DNA from: Candidatus Krumholzibacteriota bacterium
Lineage (GTDB): Bacteria > Krumholzibacteriota > Krumholzibacteriia > JAJRXK01
Length of the DNA stretch: 64,000 bases
NCBI GenBank assembly: GCA_963727455.1
Contig: CAVSGG010000006.1
Location: 135,483 to 199,482, forward strand
Direction: 5' to 3'
Shown here one piece after another: positions 36,079 through 46,630 of this stretch. Position numbers and translations under genes: made by a program. The notes under the pieces were generated by a model that was not told the DNA's origin, made no database searches, and was given only the letters and a program-made list of their open reading frames with translations. Each line of letters starts with the position of its first letter. Within the stretch, counting starts at the first letter, position 1.

Positions 36079-38106
36079 ATGGACCCCAAGACTCAGCGGA
36101 TGGTGAGCGCGCATGCCCGCTATTGCGAGGTCGCGCTCCCTCTGCCGTTGCCACAGACCTTCAGCTATCGAGTGCCCGACGAACTCGCCGGCGGACTTGG
36201 GCCGGGCTCTGTCGTGCGCGTTCCCTTTGGCAGGCGCGAGCGAATCGGGGTGGTGACGTCCCTGAGTGAAGTCCCGCCGTCCGTGCGCACCTTGAAGGAG
36301 CTGCGCGCGGATCTGGGAGAGGACTATCGCCTCCCCGAAGTGGCGATGTCGCTGGGAAGCTGGGTCGCTTCGTACTACGCCTGCAGCTTGGGCGAGGCCC
36401 TGGCGCTCTTCTTTCCGCCCCGGCCGGGAACCGCCGCGCGCAGATCTCCCCTGGAGCGAGGAGAGGCGGACGCCGAACCAGCCCACAGGCTCTCCGAAGA
36501 CCAGAAGGCAGCCCTTCGATGCGTGCTCACGCCGCTTACCGAAGGGAAGTACGAGAGTTTCCTCTTGCACGGGGTCACCGGCAGCGGCAAGACCGAAGTG
36601 TACCTACACGCGATTCAGCGGGCGATCGAATTGGGCAAGTCGGCCCTGGTCCTCTTGCCGGAGATCGCGCTCACCCCGCAGACCCTGGGCCGCTTGCGCG
36701 CGCGGTTTCCAAACAGAGTCGCACCGTATCACTCTCGCCTGAGTCACGGTGAGCGCTGTGCCGTGTGGGAGGCCGCCGCATCCGGCAGGGTATCGGTCGT
36801 GGTGGGAGCGAGGAGCTCCGCCTTCGTTCCGATGAAGAACCTGGGTCTGATCGTGGTCGACGAGGAGCACGACTCCAGCTACAAAGCCGACGACCGGCCA
36901 CGCTATCACGCGCGCGATCTCGCTCTGATGCGCGCGCGCTTGAGCAAAATCCCCATCATTTTGGGTTCGGCCACGCCCAGTCTGGAGAGCTATCACAACG
37001 CTCGTCTGGGCAAGCACCATAGGCTCGCCCTGCCATCGCGCATGGGGCAAGTGGAATTGCCCGCCGTGGAGATCGTGGATCTGCGGCGCAAAGAGGAGGG
37101 AGGGGAAGGACCGCTCGGGTCCCGCTTGAGCGCGGCTCTGGAACAGGTTTTGGAGCGCGGAAAACAGGCCATTCTGCTGCACAATCGGCGCGGCTTCGCC
37201 CGCTTCGTGCAATGTCACGCCTGTGGACACGTGGAGACCTGTCCCTCCTGTGACATCTCCCTCACTTGGCACTTGAAGAGCGATCACTTGCGCTGTCACT
37301 ACTGCGGCCACCGCAGGGCGCGTCCTACCACCTGCCCCGAGTGTGCCCAGCGCGTGTTCCGGCCGCACGGAGTGGGGACTCAGAGGGTGGAGCTGGCGTT
37401 GCAATCCCGCTTTCCAGAGGCCCACATCCTGCGTCTGGATCAGGATACGAGTTCCACCAAGCGCGGACATCAGGAGATCCTGGAGCAATTCGCCGCGGGC
37501 GAGGCCGACTTCCTGTTGGGCACGCAGATGGTGGCCAAGGGACTTCACTTTCCCCGTGTCAGCGTGGTCGGAGTGATCAGCGCCGACGCGGGGCTACACT
37601 TTCCGGACCTGCGCGCTCACGAACGCGCGTTCCAGCTTCTTACTCAAGTCGCCGGTCGCAGCGGCCGGACCTCGCCGGGCCGAGTCATCCTCCAGACCTA
37701 CGATCCCGAGCATCGCGTCCTGCGCCGGGTGCTCGGTCACGACGTGGAGGGTTTCTTGGCCGAGGAGCTCGAGCAGCGGCGGATCCTCGCGTATCCCCCG
37801 GTGAGACGACTCAGCGCCATCTTGGTCACCGCCGCGAGCGAAGAGGATCTCGACGCGGGCCTGAACCGGCTCGCCCGCCGCTTGAGCCGTTTGCTCGAGG
37901 GGACCAAGGTGGAGATTCTGGGGCCGGCCCGCGCGGCCCTCCCGCGGATCAACCGGCGATTTCGCGGGCAGATCTTGCTCAAGGGTAGCTTGAGCGCGGA
38001 AGGAAAACTGCTCATTTTGGAAGTACTGAGCGAGCTCGCGAGCGCTGAGAAAGGACGCAGGCGGCTGGATTTGGCGCTCGATGTCGATCCACAACACTTG
38101 CTCTGA
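36079..38106 (+). CDS. priA: Primosomal protein N' (replication restart helicase)
   Basis: GVTGSGKTEVY, PEIALTPQ, VDEEHD, GSATPS, four CxxC pairs, GTQMVAKG, QVAGRSGR, DVDP. Confidence 0.96.
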   Translation: MDPKTQRMVSAHARYCEVALPLPLPQTFSYRVPDELAGGLGPGSVVRVPFGRRERIGVVTSLSEVPPSVRTLKELRADLGEDYRLPEVAMSLGSWVASYYACSLGEALALFFPPRPGTAARRSPLERGEADAEPAHRLSEDQKAALRCVLTPLTEGKYESFLLHGVTGSGKTEVYLHAIQRAIELGKSALVLLPEIALTPQTLGRLRARFPNRVAPYHSRLSHGERCAVWEAAASGRVSVVVGARSSAFVPMKNLGLIVVDEEHDSSYKADDRPRYHARDLALMRARLSKIPIILGSATPSLESYHNARLGKHHRLALPSRMGQVELPAVEIVDLRRKEEGGEGPLGSRLSAALEQVLERGKQAILLHNRRGFARFVQCHACGHVETCPSCDISLTWHLKSDHLRCHYCGHRRARPTTCPECAQRVFRPHGVGTQRVELALQSRFPEAHILRLDQDTSSTKRGHQEILEQFAAGEADFLLGTQMVAKGLHFPRVSVVGVISADAGLHFPDLRAHERAFQLLTQVAGRSGRTSPGRVILQTYDPEHRVLRRVLGHDVEGFLAEELEQRRILAYPPVRRLSAILVTAASEEDLDAGLNRLARRLSRLLEGTKVEILGPARAALPRINRRFRGQILLKGSLSAEGKLLILEVLSELASAEKGRRRLDLALDVDPQHLL

Positions 38107-38184
38107 GGGAGGAAAGAGCACTATCTTGTTGCCGGTTCCGGCAAAGCCTAGGGCGAGACCGGAGCGTATCGAGAGCTCGATTGG

Positions 38185-38214
38185 TTGACAAATCCTCGCG
38201 GTGACGCTTATACC
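38185..38214 (+). promoter_or_regulatory. Possible sigma70-type promoter
   Basis: TTGACA 38185-38190, 18 bp, TATACC 38209-38214. Confidence 0.45.
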
Positions 38215-38421
38215 TAGAGCGGTATCGCGGAGATTCCCCGCTGCGTTAGCCGTACGGGGACCTTCTTCGGAGAACACCTCGCGCTACTTTCTACTCCTGC
38301 TTCCCAATGCAACTGAGGATCGAGTTTGGGTCCGTCCGTCTGGCATTAGTGTGATGAGGAGTCTCTGTCGACTGTGTCCGCCTCATGGCGCACAGGGAAT
38401 CACAAATGGGGAGAACCCGGC

Positions 38422-39609
38422 ATGCGAATGAGTTTGAGATCCGTGACCGTGCTGCTCTTGGGGCTACTCGCGGGGATCTATGGTTGTAAGCACCCCTTCG
38501 TCAACTCGGGCAACATCTATCTGGACCAGGGAATGCTTCCCAAGGCGGAAGCCTGCTATAGAGTCGCGCTTTCCGAAGAGCCGAACAACGGTGAGGCCCA
38601 TTTCCAGCTCGCTTACACTCTCAGCGAGATGGCCAAGCAGCACCTCGCCAATGGAGAGATGGATTCCGCGCGAGTGAAGTTCGTCGAGGCGACCAAGAAC
38701 TACATGGAAGCTGCGAAGATCGATTCCGCGCAATGGGCCGACGAGGCCGAGCTCAACATGTCTTCCAACTTCGCGCGCGTCTTCAACGAGGGATCCAAAT
38801 TGATCCGCAACGACGATTCCAAGGCGGCGCTGGAATACTACAAGCTCGCCTACCTGATCGATCCCAACGGCGAGAACGGCGCGCGAGCCCAGCTCAACAT
38901 CGTTCAGCTCACCTATCAGCAGATCACCGACAAGTATCGTCTGGCTCAGAGTTCCGACGACAAGGATGGCCAGCAAAAGGCCAAGGACGAAGCCAGCGAT
39001 CTCTTGACCCGAGTGGACAAGGCGCTTCCCAAGGTGACTGACGCCGAGACGAAGCGAACCTTCGTCGAAGTGAAAGCGGCCATCTTGCGCATGCTCGATC
39101 GCGATGCGGAGGCCAGGAAGATCTACGAGGATCTCCTCGAAGAGAATCCAGACGACATCAACCTCATGCTAACCCTGGCGCGCTCGCAGAAGGAGCAGGG
39201 CGACGATCAGGGAGCGGCCGCGTTCTTCCAGAGGGCGCTCGATCAAATCGCGATTGCCCCGGTGATCAACGAAGACGGTCGCTATGATTACGTGTACGCC
39301 GAGACGGCGCGCGCGTATTTCCGGGCCGCCGAATACGAGAAGGCCATCGACGCGTTCAAACTGGCCCTGGACGTGGCCAAGACCGACGTCGAGCGCATCG
39401 ACTTCTACGACCGGATTTCGGTCTCCTATTTCCAGTTGGAGCAATACGAGAAGGCCGTCGAATACGCCAAGCAGGTGGCCGATCTCGATCCAGAAAATCT
39501 CAACGCGTGGCAGATCCAGTGCCGTGCGCTGGGCCGTCTCGACCGACAGGCCGATGCCGAAAAGGCCTGCGCTCGCTTCTACGAATTGCGAGACGCGCAG
39601 GACCAATAG
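38422..39609 (+). CDS. TPR-repeat lipoprotein
   Basis: MRMSLRSVTVLLLGLLAGIYG-C signal with lipobox-like Cys; multiple TPR units (AEACYRVAL..EPNN, YEKAIDAFKLAL, YEKAVEYAKQV..LDP). Confidence 0.8.
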   Translation: MRMSLRSVTVLLLGLLAGIYGCKHPFVNSGNIYLDQGMLPKAEACYRVALSEEPNNGEAHFQLAYTLSEMAKQHLANGEMDSARVKFVEATKNYMEAAKIDSAQWADEAELNMSSNFARVFNEGSKLIRNDDSKAALEYYKLAYLIDPNGENGARAQLNIVQLTYQQITDKYRLAQSSDDKDGQQKAKDEASDLLTRVDKALPKVTDAETKRTFVEVKAAILRMLDRDAEARKIYEDLLEENPDDINLMLTLARSQKEQGDDQGAAAFFQRALDQIAIAPVINEDGRYDYVYAETARAYFRAAEYEKAIDAFKLALDVAKTDVERIDFYDRISVSYFQLEQYEKAVEYAKQVADLDPENLNAWQIQCRALGRLDRQADAEKACARFYELRDAQDQ

Positions 39610-39792
39610 ACACGGCTCGGACTCTGGGCGGCATGGCTCATGCTTAGTCAGCCGCTCAGTCCCCGGGTCCCAAGTTCCTCGACCCAAGGTGGACTCTCCA
39701 CCCTGGACAGCACCGAAACGTTCAACCCGGCGGGATTCCCGAATTGGGTCTTCCCGTCCCCCAACGCCTTGAACCCACTAAAACGAAGAACA

Positions 39793-41211
39793 GTGCGAAA
39801 GAAATCAACCAAGAGCCGCGCTTCCAAGCTGGCCGCAAATGCGGCCGACTCGCCCGACGAGGTGATGGACGGCACGGACGACACCTCCGAAGCCCTGCCA
39901 AGCGAAGAGACCGGCGGCGAGGACATACCTCAGCTCGACATCGGCGAATTGAAGCAGATGACGATCCAGCAGCTGATGGAACTCGCGGACCAGTACGGAA
40001 TCGAAGGGATGGCGCACCTTCGCAAGCAGGAGCTGATCTTCAAGATTCTGGAGGGTCAGGTCGAACGCAAAGGTCTCATCTTCGCCGAGGGCGTCCTGCA
40101 GGTTCTCGCAGAGGGCTATGGCTTCTTGCGTTCGCCGGATTACAACTATCTGCCGGGTCCGGACGACATCTATCTCTCACCTTCCCAGATCAAGAAGTTC
40201 GATCTGCGCACCGGGGATACCATCTCGGGTCAGGTGCGTCCTCCCAAGGACAGCGAACGCTATTTTGCGCTTTTGAAAGTGGAAGCCGTCAACTTCGAGA
40301 ACCCGGAGCTGGCCAAGCAGAAGCCGCTGTTTGACAACCTGACGCCGCTCTATCCCGATGAGTGGCTCTATCTCTCGGAGAGCAAGAACGAGAAGGGCGA
40401 GTGGGTGCCCGGCGGCAAGGACCTGAGCATGCGCGTGGTCGATCTGCTCTGTCCCATCGGCAAGGGCCAGCGCGGACTGATCGTCGCCCCGCCGCGCACC
40501 GGAAAGACGGTGCTGCTGCAAAAGCTGGCCAACAGCATCGCCCAGAATCATCCCGAGACGCTCCTCATCGTTCTTCTGATCGACGAGCGGCCCGAGGAAG
40601 TCACCGACATGCAGCGCACGGTGAACGGTGAGGTAGTGTCCTCCACCTTCGATGAACCGGCCGAGCGTCACGTGCAGGTGGCGGCCATGGTCATCAAGAA
40701 GGCCAAGCGTCTGGTCGAACACGGCCACGACGTGGTCATCCTCCTCGACTCGATCACCCGCCTCGCGCGAGCCCACAACACGGTGGTGCCCCACAGCGGC
40801 AAGATCCTCTCCGGTGGCGTGGACGCCAACGCCCTACAACGCCCCAAGCGTTTCTTTGGCGCGGCGCGCAACATCGAAGAAGGGGGAAGCCTCACCATCA
40901 TCGCCACCGCACTCATCGAGACCGGCAGCCGCATGGACGAGGTGATCTTCGAGGAATTCAAGGGCACGGGAAACATGGAGCTGGTGCTCGACCGCAAGCT
41001 CTCCGATCGACGGATCTTCCCCTCGATCGACATCTTCAAGAGCGGAACGCGCAAGGAAGAGCTGCTCGTGGACCCCAAGGAACTCAACAAGGTCTGGGTC
41101 TTGCGGAAATTCCTCAACGACCGGACTCCGCAGGAGGCGATGGAGTTCCTCCTGGACAAACTCTCCAAGACCGAGGGCAATCAGCAGTTCCTCGATTCGA
41201 TGAACGCCTGA
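39793..41211 (+). CDS. rho: Transcription termination factor Rho with an acidic N-terminal extension
   Basis: [64 protein letters not shown]. Start uncertain; GTG 39793 chosen. Confidence 0.96.
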   Translation: MRKKSTKSRASKLAANAADSPDEVMDGTDDTSEALPSEETGGEDIPQLDIGELKQMTIQQLMELADQYGIEGMAHLRKQELIFKILEGQVERKGLIFAEGVLQVLAEGYGFLRSPDYNYLPGPDDIYLSPSQIKKFDLRTGDTISGQVRPPKDSERYFALLKVEAVNFENPELAKQKPLFDNLTPLYPDEWLYLSESKNEKGEWVPGGKDLSMRVVDLLCPIGKGQRGLIVAPPRTGKTVLLQKLANSIAQNHPETLLIVLLIDERPEEVTDMQRTVNGEVVSSTFDEPAERHVQVAAMVIKKAKRLVEHGHDVVILLDSITRLARAHNTVVPHSGKILSGGVDANALQRPKRFFGAARNIEEGGSLTIIATALIETGSRMDEVIFEEFKGTGNMELVLDRKLSDRRIFPSIDIFKSGTRKEELLVDPKELNKVWVLRKFLNDRTPQEAMEFLLDKLSKTEGNQQFLDSMNA

Positions 41212-41262
41212 GGAGGCTGGAGCGCGCAAGTTCCTGGTGCACAAGGAGTTCGGCCTTCCGAT

Positions 41263-41291
41263 TTGCGCCGCCCTGGGCCCTATGCTACTCT
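41263..41291 (+). promoter_or_regulatory. sigma70-type promoter of the rpmE-prfA operon
   Basis: TTGCGC, 17 bp, extended TGcTACTCT. Confidence 0.5.
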
Positions 41292-41374
41292 TGTACGCCT
41301 GCGTCCCATCGATCACGGACGATTGGTGCAACCCGCAGCGATGCCCGCGGGGCATCCCAACCAGGATGAGAACT

Positions 41375-41584
41375 ATGAAAAACGGAATCCATCCCAACTA
41401 CGTTCCCACCAAGATCATCTGTCTTTGTGGCAATGAGGTGGAAACGCGCAGCACGGCCGGGCCGGAGATTCACGTGGAAATCTGCTCGGCGTGCCATCCG
41501 TTCTACACCGGACAGCAGAAGATCGTGGATACGGCGGGCCGCGTGGAACGCTTCAAGCGCCGCTACGAGAAGAAAAAGGCCTAG
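41375..41584 (+). CDS. rpmE: 50S ribosomal protein L31 (Zn-binding type A)
   Basis: [34 protein letters not shown]. Confidence 0.97.
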   Translation: MKNGIHPNYVPTKIICLCGNEVETRSTAGPEIHVEICSACHPFYTGQQKIVDTAGRVERFKRRYEKKKA

Positions 41585-41649
41585 CCTACTTCTGCCTGCC
41601 GGCGCTCTTTTCCTCCACAGGCGGAGCCGAGATGGGGCTCCGAGGGCCC

Positions 41650-42609
41650 ATGGCTTCATCAAACCCCAAATTCGACCCCCGTTCTCTCGACCTGGCCGTC
41701 GGCGGCCAAGCCGTGCTGGAAGGGGTCATGATGCGCTGTCCCACCGCGGTCGCCACTGCGGTGCGGACGCCGAGTGGCGAGATCGTCATCAAGCGCCGGC
41801 CTTACGTGGGAATCGTGAACCGTCGACGCCTCTTGAACATTCCGCTGCTGCGAGGGGCCATCACCCTGGTGGAGAGTCTGGCTCTCGGCTTTTCGAGTCT
41901 GATGTACTCGGCGGAACAGGCCCTGGAGGAGGAGGCGGTCTCGCAGGACGAACCCCGTCTGCGCGACCGGCTGAGCATGTGGGGCATGATGGCCTTTGCT
42001 TTCGTGTTCGGCCTGGGGCTCTTCTTCTACCTGCCCTTGATCCTGGCCGAACTCACCGGGGTGAAGAGCGGATTCAGCTTCAACCTCATCGACGGCATGA
42101 TGCGGCTTGCGATCTTCATGGCCTATCTGCTGGTCATTTCCCGGATGAAGGACATGCGCCGAGTCTTTCAGTATCATGGGGCCGAGCACAAGACCATCCA
42201 CGTCTTCGAACACGGATTGGAGCTGAAGCCGGAGAACGCGCGTCAGTTCCCTACCCTGCATCCCCGCTGCGGAACGAGTTTCCTCTTTTTCGTCATGTTC
42301 GTCAGCATTCTCGTCTTCCTCTTCATGGGACGGCCGGACGGCGTGGTGGAGAGACTGCAACGACTCACCCTGGTTCCTCTCATCGGCGGAATCGCGTACG
42401 AAGTCATCAAGCTCAGCGGAAAGTACTCCGAGCAGGCGTGGATCAAGCCCCTCATCTGGCCCGGTCTCATGCTCCAGAAGATCACCACCAAGCAACCTTC
42501 TGACGAGCAAGTGGAGGTCGCGATGGCGGCCTTGAACTCGGTGCTGGAAGAGAGCGCACTCGATTTGGCCTCGGAGACCGTGCTCGAGCTCGCCGAATCA
42601 CCCTCTTAG
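41650..42609 (+). CDS. DUF1385 (YqhQ-like) membrane protein
   Basis: VGGQAVLEGVMM, P.LRG, RVFQYHGAEHK, HPRCGTSF, PGL.LQ.ITT..P; usual rpmE-DUF1385-prfA context. Confidence 0.9.
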   Translation: MASSNPKFDPRSLDLAVGGQAVLEGVMMRCPTAVATAVRTPSGEIVIKRRPYVGIVNRRRLLNIPLLRGAITLVESLALGFSSLMYSAEQALEEEAVSQDEPRLRDRLSMWGMMAFAFVFGLGLFFYLPLILAELTGVKSGFSFNLIDGMMRLAIFMAYLLVISRMKDMRRVFQYHGAEHKTIHVFEHGLELKPENARQFPTLHPRCGTSFLFFVMFVSILVFLFMGRPDGVVERLQRLTLVPLIGGIAYEVIKLSGKYSEQAWIKPLIWPGLMLQKITTKQPSDEQVEVAMAALNSVLEESALDLASETVLELAESPS

Positions 42610-42626
42610 CGCTCGGATAACCCGTC

Positions 42627-43697
42627 ATGCGTGAACTCGTGGAATCCAGGCTGGCGCGGCTGGCCGAGGTCGAAGAAATCCTGGCCGATCCTGCGATCGT
42701 CAACGATCGGCTGCGTTACAAGGAATTCAGTCAAGAGCACAAGCACCTACGGAAGATCGCGGAACTTGGCCTTCCCTACCTGAAGGCTCTGGATGGGATC
42801 GAGGGCGCCAGGGCTTTGCTCGAGAGCGAGAACGACGCGGAGATGCGGGAGTTGGCCCAGGAGGAGCTCCAGGCCCTCAAGGCCCGCTTGCCGGAAATGG
42901 AAGCGTCGCTCGAGCTGCTGCTCCTGCCGCGTGACCCCGATGACTCCCGCGACGCAATTCTGGAGATTCGCGCCGGCACCGGTGGGGAGGAGGCGGCCCT
43001 GTTCGCGGGCGACGTGGCGCGCATGTACCAGCGCTACGCCGAACGCCAGGGCTGGAAGCTGGAGATGCTGGAGTTTTCCCCTACCGCGACTGGGGCTACC
43101 AAGGAAGTCATCTTCTCCTTGCAGGGCGACGGCGCCTACGGACGTCTCCGCTACGAGAGCGGCGTCCATCGCGTGCAGCGCGTCCCAGAAACCGAGAGCA
43201 GCGGGCGCATTCACACCTCAGCCTGTAGTGTGGTCGTACTGCCCGAGGCGGAAGAGGTGGAAGTTCAGATCGATCCCAATGACCTGAAGGTCGACGTCTA
43301 CCGCAGCAGCGGGCCAGGTGGGCAGAGCGTGAATACCACCGACAGTGCCGTGCGCATCACGCACCTCCCGACTGGCTTGGTGGTGACCTGTCAAGACGAG
43401 AAGAGCCAGCACAAGAACAAGGCCAAGGCCATGAGGGTTCTGCAGGCTCGCTTGTATGAAATCGAGCGAGCGAAGCAGCACGAAGCCGAGGCGAAGGAAC
43501 GCAAAGCGGCGGTGGCCGGCGGAGATCGCAGCGCGAAGATTCGCACATACAACTTCCCGCAACAGCGAGTCACCGATCACCGGGTCAATTACACTTCCCA
43601 CGAGCTGAGCAAGATCCTGGACGGCGAGCTCGATCCCATGCTCGATTTTCTGCTGCTCAATTTCCGCCAGCAGTTGCTCCAGGAGCAAGGGGACTAG
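42627..43697 (+). CDS. prfA: Peptide chain release factor 1
   Basis: [25 protein letters not shown] (PxT motif), [15 protein letters not shown]. Confidence 0.97.
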   Translation: MRELVESRLARLAEVEEILADPAIVNDRLRYKEFSQEHKHLRKIAELGLPYLKALDGIEGARALLESENDAEMRELAQEELQALKARLPEMEASLELLLLPRDPDDSRDAILEIRAGTGGEEAALFAGDVARMYQRYAERQGWKLEMLEFSPTATGATKEVIFSLQGDGAYGRLRYESGVHRVQRVPETESSGRIHTSACSVVVLPEAEEVEVQIDPNDLKVDVYRSSGPGGQSVNTTDSAVRITHLPTGLVVTCQDEKSQHKNKAKAMRVLQARLYEIERAKQHEAEAKERKAAVAGGDRSAKIRTYNFPQQRVTDHRVNYTSHELSKILDGELDPMLDFLLLNFRQQLLQEQGD

Positions 43698-43700
43698 GCA

Positions 43701-44573
43701 ATGGCGAAAGCCAAGGCCGGCAGTTGGACTCCCTTGGAGCTCATCCGGGTCTCGGCGGAGTATCTGGCCGACCAAGGCGTCCCCTCTCCACGGCTGGACG
43801 CCGAGCTTCTTCTGGCACACGTCCTCGAGCTGGACCGGCTCCACCTCTACTTGCAGCACGAACGGCCTCTCATCCACGAGGAATTGGATCGCTACCGCGA
43901 GCTCATTCGCCGCCGCGCTCGACGGGAACCGCTGCAGCTTCTCATCGGCAGCGCCCGGATTCTAGATCTCGACTTTCAGGTGGAGCCCGGTGTCTTCATT
44001 CCCCGGCCGGAAACCGAAACTCTGATCGAGGTGGTCAAGACTCTTCCGGAACCTTCGCTGATGGTGGAGGTGGGTTTGGGCAGCGGTGCGATCGGCATCA
44101 GTCTTCTCGTGTACTGGCCCAAGGCCCGCCTGGTCGGTTTCGAACTCTCGGAAACTGCGGTGCGCGTGAGTCGAAGCAACGCCGAGAAGCACGCGGTCGC
44201 GGACAGGATGGAGATCGTCGAGGGCGACGCGTACGCCGAATCCATGCGCGCGCGCTGGCCCGGCTGCGATCTGGTGGTGTCCAATCCTCCCTACATCGCC
44301 GAGGGAGAAGAGTTGGAGCCCGAGGTGATCGATCACGACCCCGCAGAAGCGCTATTCGCCGGCCCCGATGGCCTTCAGGAGATTCGAAAGCTTTGCAAGG
44401 CGGCCGCAGCCGCGCTGTCCCCCGGCGGCTGGCTGGTGTTCGAGCACGGATCTGACCAAGAGAGCGAGGTCGCACTCATTCTGGCGCAAGGTCCCTTCGA
44501 GGGAGTAGTGTGCCATCGCGACCTCGCGGGACGCCCCCGCGTGAGCTGTGCTCGTCGCGTCTTGAAGTCATGA
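43701..44573 (+). CDS. prmC: Release factor glutamine methyltransferase
   Basis: RLDAELLL, EPLQ, IPRPETE, GLGSGAI, VSNPPY; follows prfA. Confidence 0.95.
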   Translation: MAKAKAGSWTPLELIRVSAEYLADQGVPSPRLDAELLLAHVLELDRLHLYLQHERPLIHEELDRYRELIRRRARREPLQLLIGSARILDLDFQVEPGVFIPRPETETLIEVVKTLPEPSLMVEVGLGSGAIGISLLVYWPKARLVGFELSETAVRVSRSNAEKHAVADRMEIVEGDAYAESMRARWPGCDLVVSNPPYIAEGEELEPEVIDHDPAEALFAGPDGLQEIRKLCKAAAAALSPGGWLVFEHGSDQESEVALILAQGPFEGVVCHRDLAGRPRVSCARRVLKS

Positions 44574-46627
44574 ACTTTCGCAGTGCCGTCTATCTGTGGT
44601 CCGGAGTACCGCTCCTTCTGGGAGTAGGGCTCCTGCCCAGTCTCATCATCTCCTTGGTGGACAGGGACGGCTTGGCGCTCACCTTCGCGGTGACATCTCT
44701 GATCCTGTTGGCCCTGGGTTTGGCAGCTCGCACCCTGGGCAAGGCGCCCCAGAGGCTCGAGCCGGCGCTCTCGAACCTGGTGGTGGTGATGGCGTGGTTG
44801 GGTGCGGGCTTCTTGGGCGCCCTTCCCTATTTTCTCGGTGGAATCCTGCCCTCGCTGACCGCCTCCGTGTTCGAGAGTGTCTCCGGCTTCACCGCCACCG
44901 GAAGCACCGTACTGACCTCCATCGATACCACCCCGCACAGCCTGCTGTTCTGGCGTTCCCTCACGCACTGGATCGGCGGCATCGGCATCATTTTGATGGT
45001 TCTGGCCGTGCTTCCGCGAACGGTGGGGAGTCGCATGCTCTACGGCGCGGAAGCGCCGCTGAGTCTGGACGCCCAACCGCAACCGCGCATCTCGGCCATC
45101 ATCCGCTCGTATCTGACCATCTACACCGGTCTCACCGTAGTGCAGGTGATTCTGCTGGTTCTGGGTCCGATGACCCTCTTCGAGGCCTTCTGCCATTCCT
45201 TCGCCTCCATCGCCGGAGGCGGCTTTTCCACCCGTGCACTCAGCATCGGAGCGTTCCATGATCTCTACACAGAGATCGTGCTCATGGTCTTCATGATGGC
45301 GGGGGCCACCTCCTTCTACGCACACTTTCGCGCGCTCATCGAGCGCAAACCGCGCGCCTATCTGCAGAACGTGGAAGTGCGGCTCTTCCTGCTGATCACG
45401 CTCGTATCCTCCCTGCTCTGTGCGGGCAGTCTGATGGTTCGCCAGGGCCTGAGCGCGGGCTCGGCCCTGCGCGATTCCACTTTCCAAGTGGTGAGCGTCA
45501 TCACCACCACTGGCTTCGCCACCCGCGACTTCGAACTTTGGCCGGTGATGCCGCGTGTCCTCTTGATCGTTCTCATGTTCGTGGGAGGGTGCAGCGCGAG
45601 CACCAGCGGCTCCATCAAGGTGGTGCGCTACCAGGTGACGGCGAAGAGTCTGCTGCTGCAATTGCGGCGCATCCTGCATCCGAACTTGGTGCAGGCGTTG
45701 CGTCTGGGAAAACGGGTATTGCAAAGCGAGCAAGTCGAGGCCGTGCAGCTCTATTTCCTGGCCTACCTGGGTTTGGCCACCGCGGCGGTTCTGGGACTGA
45801 GCATTCTGGGGGTGGACGGTCTCACCGCCATCACCGGAGTCGCGGCTACTCTGGGCAACGTGGGCCCGGGTCTGGGTCATGTGGGTCCCTTCGACGATTT
45901 TGCCCATCTCCCGCAGCTCGGCTCTTGGATCCTGGTGATCTGCATGCTGGCGGGCCGGCTGGAAATCCTGGGCCTGGCCACCCTTTTCCTACCCGAGCTT
46001 TGGCGCTATGGTCGCCGCGGGGTACCACGACGATCGAAGGGAAAGTCCTTCATGACAAAGGTCACCAGAAGTATTTGGATGCTGGTAGTCCTGCTGCTCG
46101 CCGCGAATCTCAGCGCTTGCGGCAGCAAACACGAGTCCTATCCGCAGGCGCATCCCATCGTGGAGCAGACCGATCTCACACCACTCCACGACGCCATCGA
46201 GCGCGTACGGGACGATCTTGAGCGCCTTCGCGCGAGGCGGGAGGGAGACGAGCTCTCCCAGAAAATTCTCGACGACGCTGGCTCTCATCTCGACGACATC
46301 CGCTACTACTTCGTGCCTCTCACCTCCGCGCGCGAGTCGGTTCTCAACGCGCTGCGTGAAAGCTGGGGAAACAACTCCGCGCGGCGTGACAGTTTCTTGA
46401 GCCATGCACGCGGCCAGTTGATGAGCGTCGTGGAGCACGCGGGGCCGCAGATCGACAAGATGGTGGAAGTACAACTCGAGATGCTCACAGATATCCAGGC
46501 AGAGGCGCGCGCCGGTGAGGACGTGCGCGAACGAATTGAAGCACTGGCGACGGAGATACAACACGCCCTAGCGGTCGCGCCTCTGGTGCTCGATGAAAAC
46601 CGTTACCACAACCCCGTCGGGGAGTGA
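44570..46627 (+). CDS. trkH: TrkH potassium uptake protein, in frame with a C-terminal lipoprotein-like module starting at 46052
   Basis: FESVSGFTATG, WRSLTHWIGGIG, GGFST, TTTGF, STSGSIK, LGNVGPG, GRLE; no stop codon before 46627. Confidence 0.88.
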   Translation: MNFRSAVYLWSGVPLLLGVGLLPSLIISLVDRDGLALTFAVTSLILLALGLAARTLGKAPQRLEPALSNLVVVMAWLGAGFLGALPYFLGGILPSLTASVFESVSGFTATGSTVLTSIDTTPHSLLFWRSLTHWIGGIGIILMVLAVLPRTVGSRMLYGAEAPLSLDAQPQPRISAIIRSYLTIYTGLTVVQVILLVLGPMTLFEAFCHSFASIAGGGFSTRALSIGAFHDLYTEIVLMVFMMAGATSFYAHFRALIERKPRAYLQNVEVRLFLLITLVSSLLCAGSLMVRQGLSAGSALRDSTFQVVSVITTTGFATRDFELWPVMPRVLLIVLMFVGGCSASTSGSIKVVRYQVTAKSLLLQLRRILHPNLVQALRLGKRVLQSEQVEAVQLYFLAYLGLATAAVLGLSILGVDGLTAITGVAATLGNVGPGLGHVGPFDDFAHLPQLGSWILVICMLAGRLEILGLATLFLPELWRYGRRGVPRRSKGKSFMTKVTRSIWMLVVLLLAANLSACGSKHESYPQAHPIVEQTDLTPLHDAIERVRDDLERLRARREGDELSQKILDDAGSHLDDIRYYFVPLTSARESVLNALRESWGNNSARRDSFLSHARGQLMSVVEHAGPQIDKMVEVQLEMLTDIQAEARAGEDVRERIEALATEIQHALAVAPLVLDENRYHNPVGE
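46052..46627 (+). CDS. Possible independently translated helical lipoprotein, in frame with trkH
   Basis: GAAGGGA RBS-like site, ATG 46052, MTKVTRSIWMLVVLLLAANLSA-C lipobox. Confidence 0.55.
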   Translation: MTKVTRSIWMLVVLLLAANLSACGSKHESYPQAHPIVEQTDLTPLHDAIERVRDDLERLRARREGDELSQKILDDAGSHLDDIRYYFVPLTSARESVLNALRESWGNNSARRDSFLSHARGQLMSVVEHAGPQIDKMVEVQLEMLTDIQAEARAGEDVRERIEALATEIQHALAVAPLVLDENRYHNPVGE

Positions 46628-46630
46628 GTC

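Noticed and set aside
41466-41481. parS-like TTCACGTGGAA inside rpmE
   Set aside because: Outer positions do not match TGTTTCACGTGAAACA; the sequence is explained by the IHVEI codons.
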